64,000 bases of DNA from an uncultured Poribacteria bacterium (GCA_951812525.1 OX638316.1:4904608-4968607); one strand, 5' to 3'. Counted from the stretch's first letter, positions 19,481 through 30,558 are shown. The notes: generated from the sequence alone by a model not told the origin. Translations and numbers: made by a program.

Positions 19481-20059
19481 ATGATACAGCCAGATAACTT
19501 TGCCTGCCACAATATCCATTTGGAAACTGAACGACTGAAACTTCGACCGTTTATGGATGCCGATTTTGATATTGCGGTCCCCTTTTACCAAGATCCAGAA
19601 TTTCTAAATGCGATCGAAGATGAACCGCCCGACGAACCTGTGACAAAGGAATATCTCAAAAGTGCTGGCAAATACATGAGGAAAGATGGTTATCTATTTA
19701 CGATTGTAGAAAAGGCGAGTGGACGAGCGATTGGCGAAGTATGTTTGCAATGGATGAATTTGGAACGGGCGAAAATTGAGGGCGAGAAAATAATGCGCCT
19801 ACCCATTGCGATTTGGGATAAGACCTTGTGGGGCAAAGGCTATGGAAAAGAAGTCGTGCAATGTTTGATGGCGCACGCATTTGAGAAATTGGGAATTGAC
19901 CGATTTTGTCCGGTGGATGTTCCTGTTGACAATGTCCGTTCACAAGCGTTGTGGGAGTCGCTTGGACTAACTGTCTCACGAGAAGCAGATGATGGGAAGA
20001 TGTTGGACTATGAAATCACACGGGCAGACTATGAAAAAATCAATCGAAAAACTCGTTGA
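19481..20059 (+). CDS. GNAT family N-acetyltransferase (RimJ/RimL-like)
   Basis: It is 192 aa and has the acetyl-CoA motif WGKGYGKEVV. Confidence 0.7.
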   Translation: MIQPDNFACHNIHLETERLKLRPFMDADFDIAVPFYQDPEFLNAIEDEPPDEPVTKEYLKSAGKYMRKDGYLFTIVEKASGRAIGEVCLQWMNLERAKIEGEKIMRLPIAIWDKTLWGKGYGKEVVQCLMAHAFEKLGIDRFCPVDVPVDNVRSQALWESLGLTVSREADDGKMLDYEITRADYEKINRKTR

Positions 20060-20087
20060 ATAGTATCCTAAATCAGAGGAATCTTGT

Positions 20088-21440
20088 ATGTTTAGTACAC
20101 AACTTGCCCAGCGTGCAGCGGAAAATAATCCGATTCACGTCGGCATCATAGGTGCCGGAAAATTTGGTGCTGGATTGGTGGCGCAGCTTTCACAGATGCA
20201 AGGCATGATCACGAGTGCGATTGCTGACATCGATTTGGCACACGCCACAGGCGCATACACTGTCAGCAACGTTCCACCCGACGCAATCTCACATGTTCAG
20301 AGTGTTGGCACGCTGAACGATGCTATCCGCTGCGGGAAACGTGCCATCACCGAAGATGGCATGCATATTATTCAGTCAGATTTAATCGATGTAGTTGTGG
20401 AAGCGACCGGTATTCCCGAAGTCGGTGCCCGAATGGCTTACCAGACGTTGATGCACAAAAAGCATCTCGTGATGGTTAACGTTGAAACAGACGTGACTGT
20501 CGGTGCTCTTCTCAGGCGATTGGCAGATAATGCCGGTGTGGTTTATACACTCGTTGATGGCGACCAACCCGGTGTGACGATGAACATAGTTGAGTGGTCA
20601 AAAACGCTCGGTTTCGAGATTGTTGCTGCGGGTAGAGGTACGATGTTTTACGATGATGACCGCGTCGGGATACCCGACACCATTCCACAACGGTTCGGGT
20701 TCAGTGAAGAGCTAATCGAGCGTCGCACGATTAATTTCAAGATGTTCAATTCGTTTCGAGATGGGTCAAAGGCACAGATTGAGATGACCTCTTTGGCGAA
20801 CATGGCAGGACTTCCGCCAGATGTTCGTGGTATGCACGAACCGTCTGTGAATATTGCCGACATTGCGCAAGCCTTCAGTTTAAAAGAAGAAGGCGGCATT
20901 TTGAGCCGCCACGGTGTCGTCGAACTCGCAAATAGTGTTGCGACTGATGGCAAGACGATGTTAGACGATCCACTTCGGATGGGGGTATTCGTGGTTATTC
21001 GGACAGATCACCCATTTACACAAGAAGATCTCGCTAGTTACAACCTGCATCCCGGTGGTGACGGCAAAAACTACCTTCTCTACCGTCCGTACCACCTTGT
21101 GGCTGTCGAAGCCCCAATTTCGATTGCGAAAGCTGCCCTTTACGGACAACCGACAGGCACACCACTGCCAACACCTGTCGCCGATGTGATCGCGGTTGCC
21201 AAACGCGACCTGAAAGCAGGAGAAATCCTCGACGGAAGCGGTGGGTATACCGTTAACGGCTTGATTGAAAAGGCGGAAATTGGGCGTGCTGAGAATCTAC
21301 TTCCCCTCGGTCTGGCTTACGGTGTAAAATTGAAATGCGATGTTTCCCAAGAGGAAGCGATTTCCTACGATATGGTAGAATTAGACGAGGATTCCTTCGT
21401 TCTCAAACTGCGCCGTCTCCAAGACACAACTGTTTGGTAA
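20088..21440 (+). CDS. NAD(P)-binding oxidoreductase with a SAF domain (COG4091, predicted homoserine-dehydrogenase-like)
   Basis: It has the N-terminal motif VGIIGAGKFGAG and a C-terminal SAF-like region. Confidence 0.5.
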   Translation: MFSTQLAQRAAENNPIHVGIIGAGKFGAGLVAQLSQMQGMITSAIADIDLAHATGAYTVSNVPPDAISHVQSVGTLNDAIRCGKRAITEDGMHIIQSDLIDVVVEATGIPEVGARMAYQTLMHKKHLVMVNVETDVTVGALLRRLADNAGVVYTLVDGDQPGVTMNIVEWSKTLGFEIVAAGRGTMFYDDDRVGIPDTIPQRFGFSEELIERRTINFKMFNSFRDGSKAQIEMTSLANMAGLPPDVRGMHEPSVNIADIAQAFSLKEEGGILSRHGVVELANSVATDGKTMLDDPLRMGVFVVIRTDHPFTQEDLASYNLHPGGDGKNYLLYRPYHLVAVEAPISIAKAALYGQPTGTPLPTPVADVIAVAKRDLKAGEILDGSGGYTVNGLIEKAEIGRAENLLPLGLAYGVKLKCDVSQEEAISYDMVELDEDSFVLKLRRLQDTTVW

Positions 21441-21463
21441 ATGCTATGTGCAGGCTTAGTTGA

Positions 21464-22480
21464 CTAATTCCACGGATGTAAGACGACCTTACCGCATTCT
21501 CCAGTCGCTTGAAGTTCCCACGCCTGTTGCACGTCGCGCATTGGGAAAGTATGTGTGATAAAGGTGTCTATCTGGTCGGACACAGACTGAATCACCTGCA
21601 TTAATCTGGGGTAACTACCGAGGTTGTAGTGCCAATTCCCGCGTAGGACGATCCCCTTCCGAATCATATCGCGACTTGCCCCCAGCGGAAAATCCCCGCC
21701 TTCACCGACGAACGTAACCTGCCCTTTCCTACGAGCCGCATCAACCATTAACCGATGTGCAGCAGATGCCCCGGAACAGTCCACAGCCTTGTCAACCCCA
21801 ACACCATCCGTAAAGTCAAGAATTTGGTCAAGAACATCCGAATCAGTTGGATTGAATACAACTTCTGCACCCAACTTCTTGGCGAGTTCAGCACGATACG
21901 GATGACTCTCTACACCTATGACCCGTGCCCCGCGGTAGTGTGCATTGATAATACCGCCTAACCCGACGGGACCTAAGCCGGTAACCATGACTGTATCCAA
22001 CGCATTGACCTCCATCTGCTCCATTGCCCCGAAGGTCGGTCCGAGTCCACAGCACGCCATTCCGGCGTGTTCATAACTGACTCCATCTGGAATAGGCGAT
22101 AGTAAACTATCTATCTTGTGCAAGTACTGTGCATAAGTTGCCGAAGCTGGATCTGTCCCGATGATTTCCCGAATGTTACGTCCATTCTGGCAGTGAATAT
22201 GCTCACCAACGGCACACAATGAACACTTGCCGCACCCGTTCTGGGGTTGGACGACCACGCGGTCCCCTACTTTGACACGACCGGGCTGCGCGACTTCAAC
22301 GACCTCACCAGCGGCTTCGTGTCCAAAACGGTCACCCGTCCCGCCACCTATGAATCCTTTATACTCCGTACACATTGGAACAGCGTGAATCTTGACGACG
22401 ACGACATCCCCTGCTGGGCGAGGATCTGGTTTTTCCACCACGCCCCCTTTACCTTCACCAAACATTGCTGCAACTTGCAT
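21464..22480 (-). CDS. Zinc-dependent alcohol dehydrogenase (MDR family, threonine/sorbitol dehydrogenase-like). The start was moved to the ATG at 22480, which has a GGAGG RBS.
   Basis: It has the catalytic zinc site GHEAAGEVVEV, the structural zinc site CGKCSLCAVGEHIHC, and a GLGPVGLG Rossmann motif. Confidence 0.8.
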   Translation of the reverse strand: MQVAAMFGEGKGGVVEKPDPRPAGDVVVVKIHAVPMCTEYKGFIGGGTGDRFGHEAAGEVVEVAQPGRVKVGDRVVVQPQNGCGKCSLCAVGEHIHCQNGRNIREIIGTDPASATYAQYLHKIDSLLSPIPDGVSYEHAGMACCGLGPTFGAMEQMEVNALDTVMVTGLGPVGLGGIINAHYRGARVIGVESHPYRAELAKKLGAEVVFNPTDSDVLDQILDFTDGVGVDKAVDCSGASAAHRLMVDAARRKGQVTFVGEGGDFPLGASRDMIRKGIVLRGNWHYNLGSYPRLMQVIQSVSDQIDTFITHTFPMRDVQQAWELQATGECGKVVLHPWN

Positions 22481-22737
22481 AAAAACTACAACCAAACCTC
22501 CCGACCAAAAGTGGCGTGGAGTGAAAGGTTTTCCTCCTTGAAAAAAGTATTGATTCGGATAGAATAGCACAGGTTACTGGAATGGGTCAAGAGATATCTT
22601 AATGGCGGTCAGCAGTCAGTGGTCAGCGATCAGGAGTTATAAGCGATTGAGAATTTGACAACGGAAATACAATCGTGATAGAATTATTCAGATTTAGTCA
22701 CCATAAACAAACATGGCATATTGATGAAGGAGAAAAG

Positions 22738-23493
22738 ATGGCATCTGAACAGACAGGCTTAACTCCTGCGCAAAAAGCGTTCTATCAGGAAAATGGGTAT
22801 CTCGTCCTTGAAAGCGTCCTCTCGGCAGAGGAATGTCAACGCTTTGTTGCCCACATGGAAGATCTTCACACCGGACGTAAGGAGCTTGAAGGATTCTTTC
22901 AACAGGATAAATACGGCGATCGAACTTTTAATCAGCATTTATACGATCCGTGGGTATTGAATTTGCTCATCGACGCTCGTTTGCACAAACCGCTCGCAGC
23001 CTGTTTCGGTGGCGAACCCGAAGGCATTCAGACGATGCACTTTTACGAAGGGTCGGAGCACCCGTTTCATCAAGACCAGTACTACTTACCTGATTGTATG
23101 TCTGCATGGATCGCGATGGTCAATGTCAATGAAGATAACGGTCCTCTTTTGGTCCAGCCCGGCTCACACAACGGTCGATTGGTTACGAAAAAGGATGTGC
23201 CGATGAAGTTGCTACCAGGAGAGACGTACGAATTACAACAACACAACCGTTATTTTCCGGCAGTCAAACAGGTTTTTCAAGAAAATGGGGTCGACGCGTT
23301 TCAGGTGATGGTAAACGCTGGAGATGTAATCCTATTTGACGGAAAGTTAATCCACGGTGGCGCGCAGATTTTGAAGCCCGGCACACGTAGACATGCGTTG
23401 GCATGCCATTATATCCCTTACGCCTCCGAGAACTGGGAACGGGATTGGCCTCGGTTCTCATTTGATGGCAGTCAGCGGATTCTCTATCAGTAA
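22738..23493 (+). CDS. Phytanoyl-CoA dioxygenase (PhyH) family Fe(II)/2OG oxygenase
   Basis: It has HQD...H iron ligands (PFHQDQYY, LIHGG). The start is the ATG at 22738, which has an RBS. Confidence 0.7.
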   Translation: MASEQTGLTPAQKAFYQENGYLVLESVLSAEECQRFVAHMEDLHTGRKELEGFFQQDKYGDRTFNQHLYDPWVLNLLIDARLHKPLAACFGGEPEGIQTMHFYEGSEHPFHQDQYYLPDCMSAWIAMVNVNEDNGPLLVQPGSHNGRLVTKKDVPMKLLPGETYELQQHNRYFPAVKQVFQENGVDAFQVMVNAGDVILFDGKLIHGGAQILKPGTRRHALACHYIPYASENWERDWPRFSFDGSQRILYQ

Positions 23494-23848
23494 GATGCGT
23501 ATAGGCACTATATAGATACCATCTTTATGTGTTGATGCCAGTTTTCTGGAGCATTCGTCTAACGCAACTTATGTGCCTAAGCCGAATTCACATTTTACTT
23601 TTTGCAATTATGCAACCTTTCAATTCTAAAACAGCGTCTTTAATATAGGCGGGCTTTCCTTGGTCAAACCTACGTTAGTGTAGATTTAACAATCAACGAT
23701 ACACGAGGTTTGTAGATACCCCCAAGGAATGTCCCGCTCTTATTTGCTGAAAATATTTATGCCTTTTCCAAGTGCAGTTGAAAATACAGCAATCCGTGGC
23801 GAGAAATGTCAGATTAATACGCTTAAATAAGACTAAGGAGAAAATACA

Positions 23849-26473
23849 ATGCGACCGCATCCAACTTTTTGGATCTGTTTAATCCTAATAAGTTTTTATT
23901 CTCTTCCTCTATTCGCGCAGGAAGCGACACCCGCTGCAAAACCAGCGACGACGGAAACACCCGCAAAAAAGAAAAAAGAGTTTGAAGACTTCTCAAAAGT
24001 TATTGAAGATAGTAAAAGTTACGAGGGCTTTTTCAAACTATATCAGAAAAAAGAGAACCTCTATTGCGAAATACAACCCTCACAAATGGACAAGCCATTT
24101 TTATGCATGATTAGCGTTGCCCGCGGTCTGGGGAGCGGATTTCTGCTCTCAGGGATGACTTTGGAAGAGTGGATGCTCGTATGGCGGCGTGTTGGCGACA
24201 ACGTGCATCTGGTGCGAAAAAATGTGCGTTTTCGTGCTAAGGAAGGGTCACCCATCGCAGAAGCAGTTGACTTAGGGCATAATGACTCCGTGTTGTTCTC
24301 TCTGAAGATTGAAAGTATCCATCCGCAACGGAAGAGCTTGTTGGTGAATATCTCTCCCGTTTTTATATCCGACCTGCCGCCGTTGGCACGCAGTATTGCC
24401 CGTGATGCCCGCTTTGACAAAACGCGCAGTACTTGGGGAACAATCAAAGCGTTTCCGAAGAACGTCGAATTAAAAGTTCAAGCAGTGTACGCATCAGAAA
24501 CATCTATGACAGCCATCCCGGACAGTCGCGGTATCCAGTTGACACTACACTACAGCCTCGCTAAACTTCCAGAAAACAATTATCGTCCTCGGTTGGCTGA
24601 CGATCGCGTTGGGCACTTTATGACGGCGGTAAAAGACTATTCGTCCAAAACCAGCGATGAACCCTTTATCCGCTATGTCAACCGGTGGCATCTGGAGAAA
24701 GCAGACAAAGATACTAAGCTTTCACCGCCGAAAGAACCCATTATCTTTTACATCGAGAAAACGGTACCACATCGGTATCGTCACTATGTCCGACAGGGCA
24801 TTCTGGAATGGAACAAGGCGTTTGAAAAAATAGGCTTTGCTGACGCGATTGAAGCGCGGATTCAGCAGGAGCACGAGGACTGGGACCCCGAGGATGCGCG
24901 TTATAACACGATTCGCTGGATTGTCGGTGCGGGTTTCGCTATTGGTCCATCCCGCGTAAATCCGTTGACGGGGCAGATCCTAGACGCTGATATCCTTATC
25001 GGTGAGAGTTGGATCCGATATTGGCAGCGAGAGTATATGACGTTTTTTGACGAAGTTGCGCGAGAGCGCGATCACCCGATGGATCATTCTTCACGGTTCC
25101 AATGTGATATGGCATCTGGATTGGCGCGTCAGATGGGTTTCATGGCGAGTGTCTTGCAGGCACGTGGCCTGACTGATGAAGACGGCGAACTACCAGAAGA
25201 GTTCATTGGGCAAGCACTCAAAACATTAACTATGCACGAAGTCGGACATACGTTGGGATTCCGGCACAACTTCAAAGCAAGTACAATATTTACCCTTGAC
25301 GACTTGAACAACAAAAGTGGCGAACCACTGATCGGCTCCGTCATGGAATACGATGCCGTGAATATTGCACCTGAAGGTCAGGAACAGGGAGATTACTACA
25401 CAAAGACAATCGGACCTTGGGATTACTGGGTGGTCGAATACGCCTATAAACCGATCGATGCCAGCAAACCGGAAGGTGAATTGGAAGCCTTGGGAAAAAT
25501 CGCTTCCCGTGTAGCAACATCAGACCTAACCTATGGTACAGATGAGGATGCTTCTTGGTATCGTTTCCGAGATTTAGATCCATTGGTAAATCGCTGGGAT
25601 CTCGGCGCTGACCCACTTGCCTTTGCCAAACAACGGCGCGAGATCGTTGTAGGACTCTGGGATAAGATTTCAGACAAGGTCACAAAAGACGGAATGGGCT
25701 ATCAGCGTGTCAGGCGGGCATTCGGAAACTTGCTTTATGAACACGCCTATACAATGTACCTTGCAAGTCGGTATATCGGTGGACAGTACCACCACCGCGA
25801 TCATCGTGGTGATGAAAATGCGCGTTTACCGTTTGTGCCGGTGCCAGCGGCAAAACAACGCGAAGCACTTCAATTCCTCAGAGAACATGCACTCTCGGAC
25901 AACGCCTTTGATTTTCCAGCTGACCTGCTCAACAGTTTGGCAATCACACGTTGGAGTGACTGGGGAAGAGCTAGTTGGAATTCCTCACGTTTCGATTATC
26001 CGGTGCATGATATCATTCTGCGCAATCAAACTCTCATTCTGGAACGACTGCTTTATCCGAATGTTCTGGCGCGTGTTCAGGACACAGAACTTAAGTTTGC
26101 TAAGGGTGAGGACGCATTCACAATGCCAGAACTCTTTTCAGGCATTACGGATGCGGTTTGGGTAGAACTCAAACAGGGTGCTGGTGAAAAACAGTGGTCG
26201 AACACGGATGCGTACATCTCCAGTTTCCGTCGCGGTCTGCAACGTGAACACTTGAAGCAGCTTATCAAACTGGTGCTGGAAGCCGATAGTGGTACCCCAG
26301 AGGATGCGAGATCGCTTGCACGACACCATCTTGGGATAATTAACAGTCGGATACAAAATGTGCTTCAGAACGCCAGAGGTAGGCTTGACGATTATAGCTT
26401 GGCACATCTCCAAGAATCACAGGTTCGAGTCGCGAAGGCTCTGGATGCCAATTTCCAAGTCGAGACGCGCTAA
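23849..26473 (+). CDS. Secreted zinc-dependent metalloprotease (DUF5117/DUF5118-type, HEXXH)
   Basis: It has a signal peptide and the active-site motif LTMHEVGHTLGFRHNF. It is 874 aa. Confidence 0.7.
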   Translation: MRPHPTFWICLILISFYSLPLFAQEATPAAKPATTETPAKKKKEFEDFSKVIEDSKSYEGFFKLYQKKENLYCEIQPSQMDKPFLCMISVARGLGSGFLLSGMTLEEWMLVWRRVGDNVHLVRKNVRFRAKEGSPIAEAVDLGHNDSVLFSLKIESIHPQRKSLLVNISPVFISDLPPLARSIARDARFDKTRSTWGTIKAFPKNVELKVQAVYASETSMTAIPDSRGIQLTLHYSLAKLPENNYRPRLADDRVGHFMTAVKDYSSKTSDEPFIRYVNRWHLEKADKDTKLSPPKEPIIFYIEKTVPHRYRHYVRQGILEWNKAFEKIGFADAIEARIQQEHEDWDPEDARYNTIRWIVGAGFAIGPSRVNPLTGQILDADILIGESWIRYWQREYMTFFDEVARERDHPMDHSSRFQCDMASGLARQMGFMASVLQARGLTDEDGELPEEFIGQALKTLTMHEVGHTLGFRHNFKASTIFTLDDLNNKSGEPLIGSVMEYDAVNIAPEGQEQGDYYTKTIGPWDYWVVEYAYKPIDASKPEGELEALGKIASRVATSDLTYGTDEDASWYRFRDLDPLVNRWDLGADPLAFAKQRREIVVGLWDKISDKVTKDGMGYQRVRRAFGNLLYEHAYTMYLASRYIGGQYHHRDHRGDENARLPFVPVPAAKQREALQFLREHALSDNAFDFPADLLNSLAITRWSDWGRASWNSSRFDYPVHDIILRNQTLILERLLYPNVLARVQDTELKFAKGEDAFTMPELFSGITDAVWVELKQGAGEKQWSNTDAYISSFRRGLQREHLKQLIKLVLEADSGTPEDARSLARHHLGIINSRIQNVLQNARGRLDDYSLAHLQESQVRVAKALDANFQVETR

Positions 26474-26491
26474 AACATTCCCCCTCAATTC

Positions 26492-26522
26492 AAAAGGAGC
26501 GAGCATCGCTCGCTCCTTTTGG
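26492..26522. terminator. Bidirectional intrinsic terminator between convergent genes
   Basis: An AAAA tract is followed by the stem GGAGCGAG / CTCGCTCC and then TTTT. Confidence 0.55.
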
Positions 26523-26616
26523 ATACAACCTATTCAAACCCATCCAACCAATTAGCATAACCTTAACCGCAGCATCTCACTACCCCAAGGTACAATGTCT
26601 TTGTAATGGAAATTCA

Positions 26617-27660
26617 CTATTGCACAGCTCCAGCATTGACTTGTTGCAGAACTGCTGCTGCTCGTTGTGCCAATTCGGTCGTGGCATCACGTTTGATAGA
26701 CCGGTTTAAGTGTAAGATGGCGCGTTCATCTCCTTCTCTCGCCAATTCCAAAGCTTCCTCAAACCCTTTGTTTCCGTAACTGAAATCCCTTGGCAGGACA
26801 GTCAGGTCAAGATCCTTCCAATAATACTGCAGTTCATCAGACTCCCAATTACGGTAGACATGCTCCCACGTAAGGGAGTTAAAAAGGTTCAGGTGCGGTT
26901 CAAGCATGTGCTCAGCGATGGGGTCATCGACAGCTTGATAACGGTTGTCGAGCGAGACGCGAAGCCGGTCTTCGGTCAAGTTCGGCAACGCCTTGTGGAT
27001 AGTCAAAGCAGGGAAAATTAACGTATCGCCAACTTCATAGTTTGTGGAATGCCATTCGCCAGACAACTCGTCCTCGTTAACACACAGACTGCCAGCACCG
27101 AGCGAAAAGTGGTGTTCCATGACCTTATTGACCTTATGCGAACCCGGTATAACTGCTAAGCCACCCAACTCAATCGGGCAATCCCCGATGGGTGCCCAAC
27201 AGGTGTAGGTTTGGAAATTCCCTTGGAAGTGGACGAAGTCTTGGTGTATCGGTGTGGTATGTGCCGTGTACTTAGGAAACCAGAGGCGCGCAATTTTCTG
27301 GGGATGGGGTAGTACCTCTCTACCGAGAATTTTTCCCACCATATCGACAACTTCGGGCCAGTGTCCGGAACGGTGAAACGCTTCTAACTTATATACTTGA
27401 TGATATACATCTGTGTATTCGGGATCGCCCTCAGTACACTGCGTGGAAATATCGGCAATACCGTCCATTGGGTCGGTTCCCGCGACAAGCCAACCGCCTT
27501 CTTGCATAGTCGTCAGCATCTCTCGCCGCAACGCCCAGAGTTTGTCGGGATCTTGTAGCCGCTTGAAGAAGAGATAGCCCTCTTCTGAGATCCGGTGACG
27601 CAATTCTTCCGGATCATTCATCGCGTCGTTGGATATGCGAAGTTCTTTTAGTTCTTCCAT
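26617..27660 (-). CDS. PhyH-like Fe(II)/2OG oxygenase family protein
   Basis: Motifs PIHQDFVHF, TIHKALP and RLRVSLDNRY are present. Confidence 0.55.
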   Translation of the reverse strand: MEELKELRISNDAMNDPEELRHRISEEGYLFFKRLQDPDKLWALRREMLTTMQEGGWLVAGTDPMDGIADISTQCTEGDPEYTDVYHQVYKLEAFHRSGHWPEVVDMVGKILGREVLPHPQKIARLWFPKYTAHTTPIHQDFVHFQGNFQTYTCWAPIGDCPIELGGLAVIPGSHKVNKVMEHHFSLGAGSLCVNEDELSGEWHSTNYEVGDTLIFPALTIHKALPNLTEDRLRVSLDNRYQAVDDPIAEHMLEPHLNLFNSLTWEHVYRNWESDELQYYWKDLDLTVLPRDFSYGNKGFEEALELAREGDERAILHLNRSIKRDATTELAQRAAAVLQQVNAGAVQ

Positions 27661-27812
27661 CTAACTTTCTCCTTGGATCTACCTATGTCCCAAAACTGTT
27701 GTTGAAAGCTTAATCTCTGGTGAAAATTTTTACCAATATAGTTATTTGCAGTATAACATATACGGAATAAAAAATCAAGGATTTTATGGGTTTTCAATGA
27801 ACCGATACACTC

Positions 27813-28634
27813 CTACACTCTATTTTTTTCAAACCAATCAACAGCGAAGTCTACAATAGAGCGTTGGGGCATGAGTTGGCAGTCTGCGATGGCAACTTTG
27901 CCGTGCTGGACTAACTTCTTGTCATCAGAACGTAAAAAATCTGCACCGAGACGATCGAAATCCGAATCGTCCACGTTGATATCTTCAAAGGTTGTCCATG
28001 TCCTCGAACCGGCTTGTGATATTGGGGCACCCTCCTGTACAACGCACTTGGTTAGAAAGTCTGCTCGGTATTCGGCAAGGTGTATGGACGTATTACTTGA
28101 ATGTCCGACACCGAGAAGCAAGACAAAACCGTTCAAATCGTAGATTCTGGCAAGTGGTGAATGTTCACCAAAGCCAAATGCCAAGGAATGGTTACTGACG
28201 ATGTGTGATGCTTGCGGACCGATTGCGCAAAACGAACTCTGCGGATGGGCACTGCGGAGAACACCTTTTTGCTTTCGGAACGTTTCGACGATTTTTCCCA
28301 TCGAGCGGGTAGGCGTTAAATCGGGATCGTAGGCAGGCATGGTCTCCCGTATTGTTTGCCACCACGATTCGGGGACAGGTGGATTCTCCCACTGGCTTGG
28401 GTCGCTTAAATCGGTTGAGTGGGTCGGCATCACCAGCGTCCCAGTTTCACCTAAGACCTTCTGAAGGGCGATGATGACAGCGACAGGACCGCCACAGACC
28501 CATCCGATCGTACTTAGAGAGGAGTGGACTAATAAGACCATCCCCTTCTTGATACCGAGTGCTTTAAAATCGGCTTGTAGCGATTCAACTGTCGCGAGTG
28601 TTTTTGTTTTGCCAACGACCTGACCTTCAGGCAT
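27813..28634 (-). CDS. Aminoglycoside N(3)-acetyltransferase family protein (AAC(3)/Antibiotic_NAT)
   Basis: It reads LLVHSSLSTIGWVCGGPVAVIIAL...GTLVMPTHS...RSAHPQSSF...LLLGVGH, which is collinear with AAC(3) enzymes. Confidence 0.75.
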   Translation of the reverse strand: MPEGQVVGKTKTLATVESLQADFKALGIKKGMVLLVHSSLSTIGWVCGGPVAVIIALQKVLGETGTLVMPTHSTDLSDPSQWENPPVPESWWQTIRETMPAYDPDLTPTRSMGKIVETFRKQKGVLRSAHPQSSFCAIGPQASHIVSNHSLAFGFGEHSPLARIYDLNGFVLLLGVGHSSNTSIHLAEYRADFLTKCVVQEGAPISQAGSRTWTTFEDINVDDSDFDRLGADFLRSDDKKLVQHGKVAIADCQLMPQRSIVDFAVDWFEKNRV

Positions 28635-28761
28635 TATTAATTCCCCCTATTCCTGCATATCTGACAGATATTCCTACATGCCACCCTGACAGGGTTGAAG
28701 ACGGAATGAAGCGCGTTTCTATAAACATACCGTCCCTACGGGACTCAAATATGCAATTGTT

Positions 28762-29601
28762 TTATTTTCTCCCTATTGCAAGGATATGCGCACTCATACC
28801 GAGCAGTGAGGGTTCTGCTTCAACTTTGCGAACCAAATCTAAGACTACAGCACGTAGATCGGGATCTGTCCAATAATTTCTAAACGACTCAAAAAGCCAT
28901 GCGGGTCCCTGCACAGCAAGCGTTGCTTGATGCTGAAAACCGGCTTCGATCACTTCAGAACTGAGTTCTTCAGGGCGGTGAAGGTACGCGTCTGTAAAGT
29001 ACTTAAGATCCTCAGTTGGATTGCGATGGTAACCCGTCTCAAGGTCGTTTTGAACGATGTCCATGTGAACAGGATTCCTGAATCGATCCTCAAAAAAACT
29101 GTCGAGCATAGACGCAAAGCGTGAGATACCGGCGGCAACCATAACGCCGCCGTTTCTTAGGACACGATATGCTTCTCCGAGTGCAAGCAGTCGTTCACTT
29201 TTATCGATGAGGTGATAGAGCGGTCCTAATAGCAGAACGGCATCCGCAGACTCAGCGGAAAAACGCAGTTGACGTGCATCGCCAAGCGATACACTGGCTA
29301 TTGGATGCTCTGGTTGTCGATCCGATGCTTCTTTCGCCTGTTCAATATGCAAGTCTACGGGATCCACGAGGTGTACCTCATACCCCGCTTTTGCTAACCA
29401 ACAGGCATACGGACCCGAACCGCCACCGATGTCTAAAACGACTGCCGGTGGCGCGGGTAAATAGCGCGTAACGATCTCTTGGGTACGTAGGAATTCCAAC
29501 TGACCTTTGGCATTAGTTGTAAGTCTGTTTGCCTCTTCCGTTTGTTTATAGAACGAAAAGATCTTATCTGAAAACTGATACAATTTATTATTCCTCATCA
29601 A
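28762..29601 (-). CDS. Class I SAM-dependent methyltransferase
   Basis: Motif I reads VVLDIGGGSGPYACWLA. Confidence 0.7.
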   Translation of the reverse strand: MMRNNKLYQFSDKIFSFYKQTEEANRLTTNAKGQLEFLRTQEIVTRYLPAPPAVVLDIGGGSGPYACWLAKAGYEVHLVDPVDLHIEQAKEASDRQPEHPIASVSLGDARQLRFSAESADAVLLLGPLYHLIDKSERLLALGEAYRVLRNGGVMVAAGISRFASMLDSFFEDRFRNPVHMDIVQNDLETGYHRNPTEDLKYFTDAYLHRPEELSSEVIEAGFQHQATLAVQGPAWLFESFRNYWTDPDLRAVVLDLVRKVEAEPSLLGMSAHILAIGRK

Positions 29602-29606
29602 ACATC

Positions 29607-30374
29607 TTAATATTTAGCAACATAGACAGCACCTGCCGAAGGGTGGCTCCACGTAAGTTGCACCTCAGAGAATCCCGCCTCACGAAGAATACCGGATTGT
29701 GTCTCTGGCGACAGTGTGATATCGTAATTCCACTCAGCATTGTCTCCACCAGGTAACTTCGCTATCCACCTGTTGTACCAATAGAGTATACTTTTCTCCC
29801 CTTCAACCGTGGTGGATTGATCGCCTTCCACATAGATGCCCGTGGTTCTTAAAGCCTTTCTTACCTCCTTGTAGACGGCGACCTTTCGTTGTGGAAGGAA
29901 ATGATGCATGGTTAGCGTGGAAATAGCGTAGTCATACGTATGATGCCCAAACGTAAGCTCCAACAGAGAGCCTTGCTGCAATCTCAACTGTTCAGTTTTA
30001 TTGGAGAATTTCGAGCGAAGCTGCTTTAGCATGTTCGGTGCCCTATCAATCGCTGTAACTTTGGCATTAGGTGCCCTTTCAAAAACGAATTCAAGTTGAA
30101 TTCCCGTACCACAACCGAGGTCCAAAATATCAATCGGTTCATCTGTCTGTGGTATCTGAAGCGCAACAGCCTGATAGAAAGGATCGTCAGGTTCAGCACC
30201 AAACTTCTGATCCCAGATGTCAGCAGTAGAATTGAAGAACTCCGGAAGTTCCTCAATACCATCGGTTGTCCATTCGGGGACATCACCCGACGGTCCGGGA
30301 GCGATTCGTAGTTGCTCCACTCGCCGCAGAAATTCATCGTTTATGGATTGAATTTGACGTTTGTCCTTAGGCAT
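29607..30374 (-). CDS. Class I SAM-dependent methyltransferase
   Basis: Motif I reads ILDLGCGTGIQLEF. Confidence 0.7.
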   Translation of the reverse strand: MPKDKRQIQSINDEFLRRVEQLRIAPGPSGDVPEWTTDGIEELPEFFNSTADIWDQKFGAEPDDPFYQAVALQIPQTDEPIDILDLGCGTGIQLEFVFERAPNAKVTAIDRAPNMLKQLRSKFSNKTEQLRLQQGSLLELTFGHHTYDYAISTLTMHHFLPQRKVAVYKEVRKALRTTGIYVEGDQSTTVEGEKSILYWYNRWIAKLPGGDNAEWNYDITLSPETQSGILREAGFSEVQLTWSHPSAGAVYVAKY

Positions 30375-30512
30375 GTTAGCAATCTTGTCCAGTTTTGTGT
30401 GCCAAAGAGGATCCTTTAATCTTGTTTAATGAGTTTAAGAGACAAATTTCGTCAACACACTCCAGTTATCTCGAAATTATGATAGATTTTAGAATTACTA
30501 TATACCTTGCCC

Positions 30513-30537
30513 AGCGAGGTTAGGAAACCTCACCTAC
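30513..30537 (-). repeat. Instance of the REP-like hairpin family (GGTAGG head on the minus strand)
   Basis: The minus strand reads GGTAGGTGAGGTTTCCTAACCTCGC. Confidence 0.6.
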
Positions 30538-30558
30538 CGAGTAGAGAGCGTTAATTAA

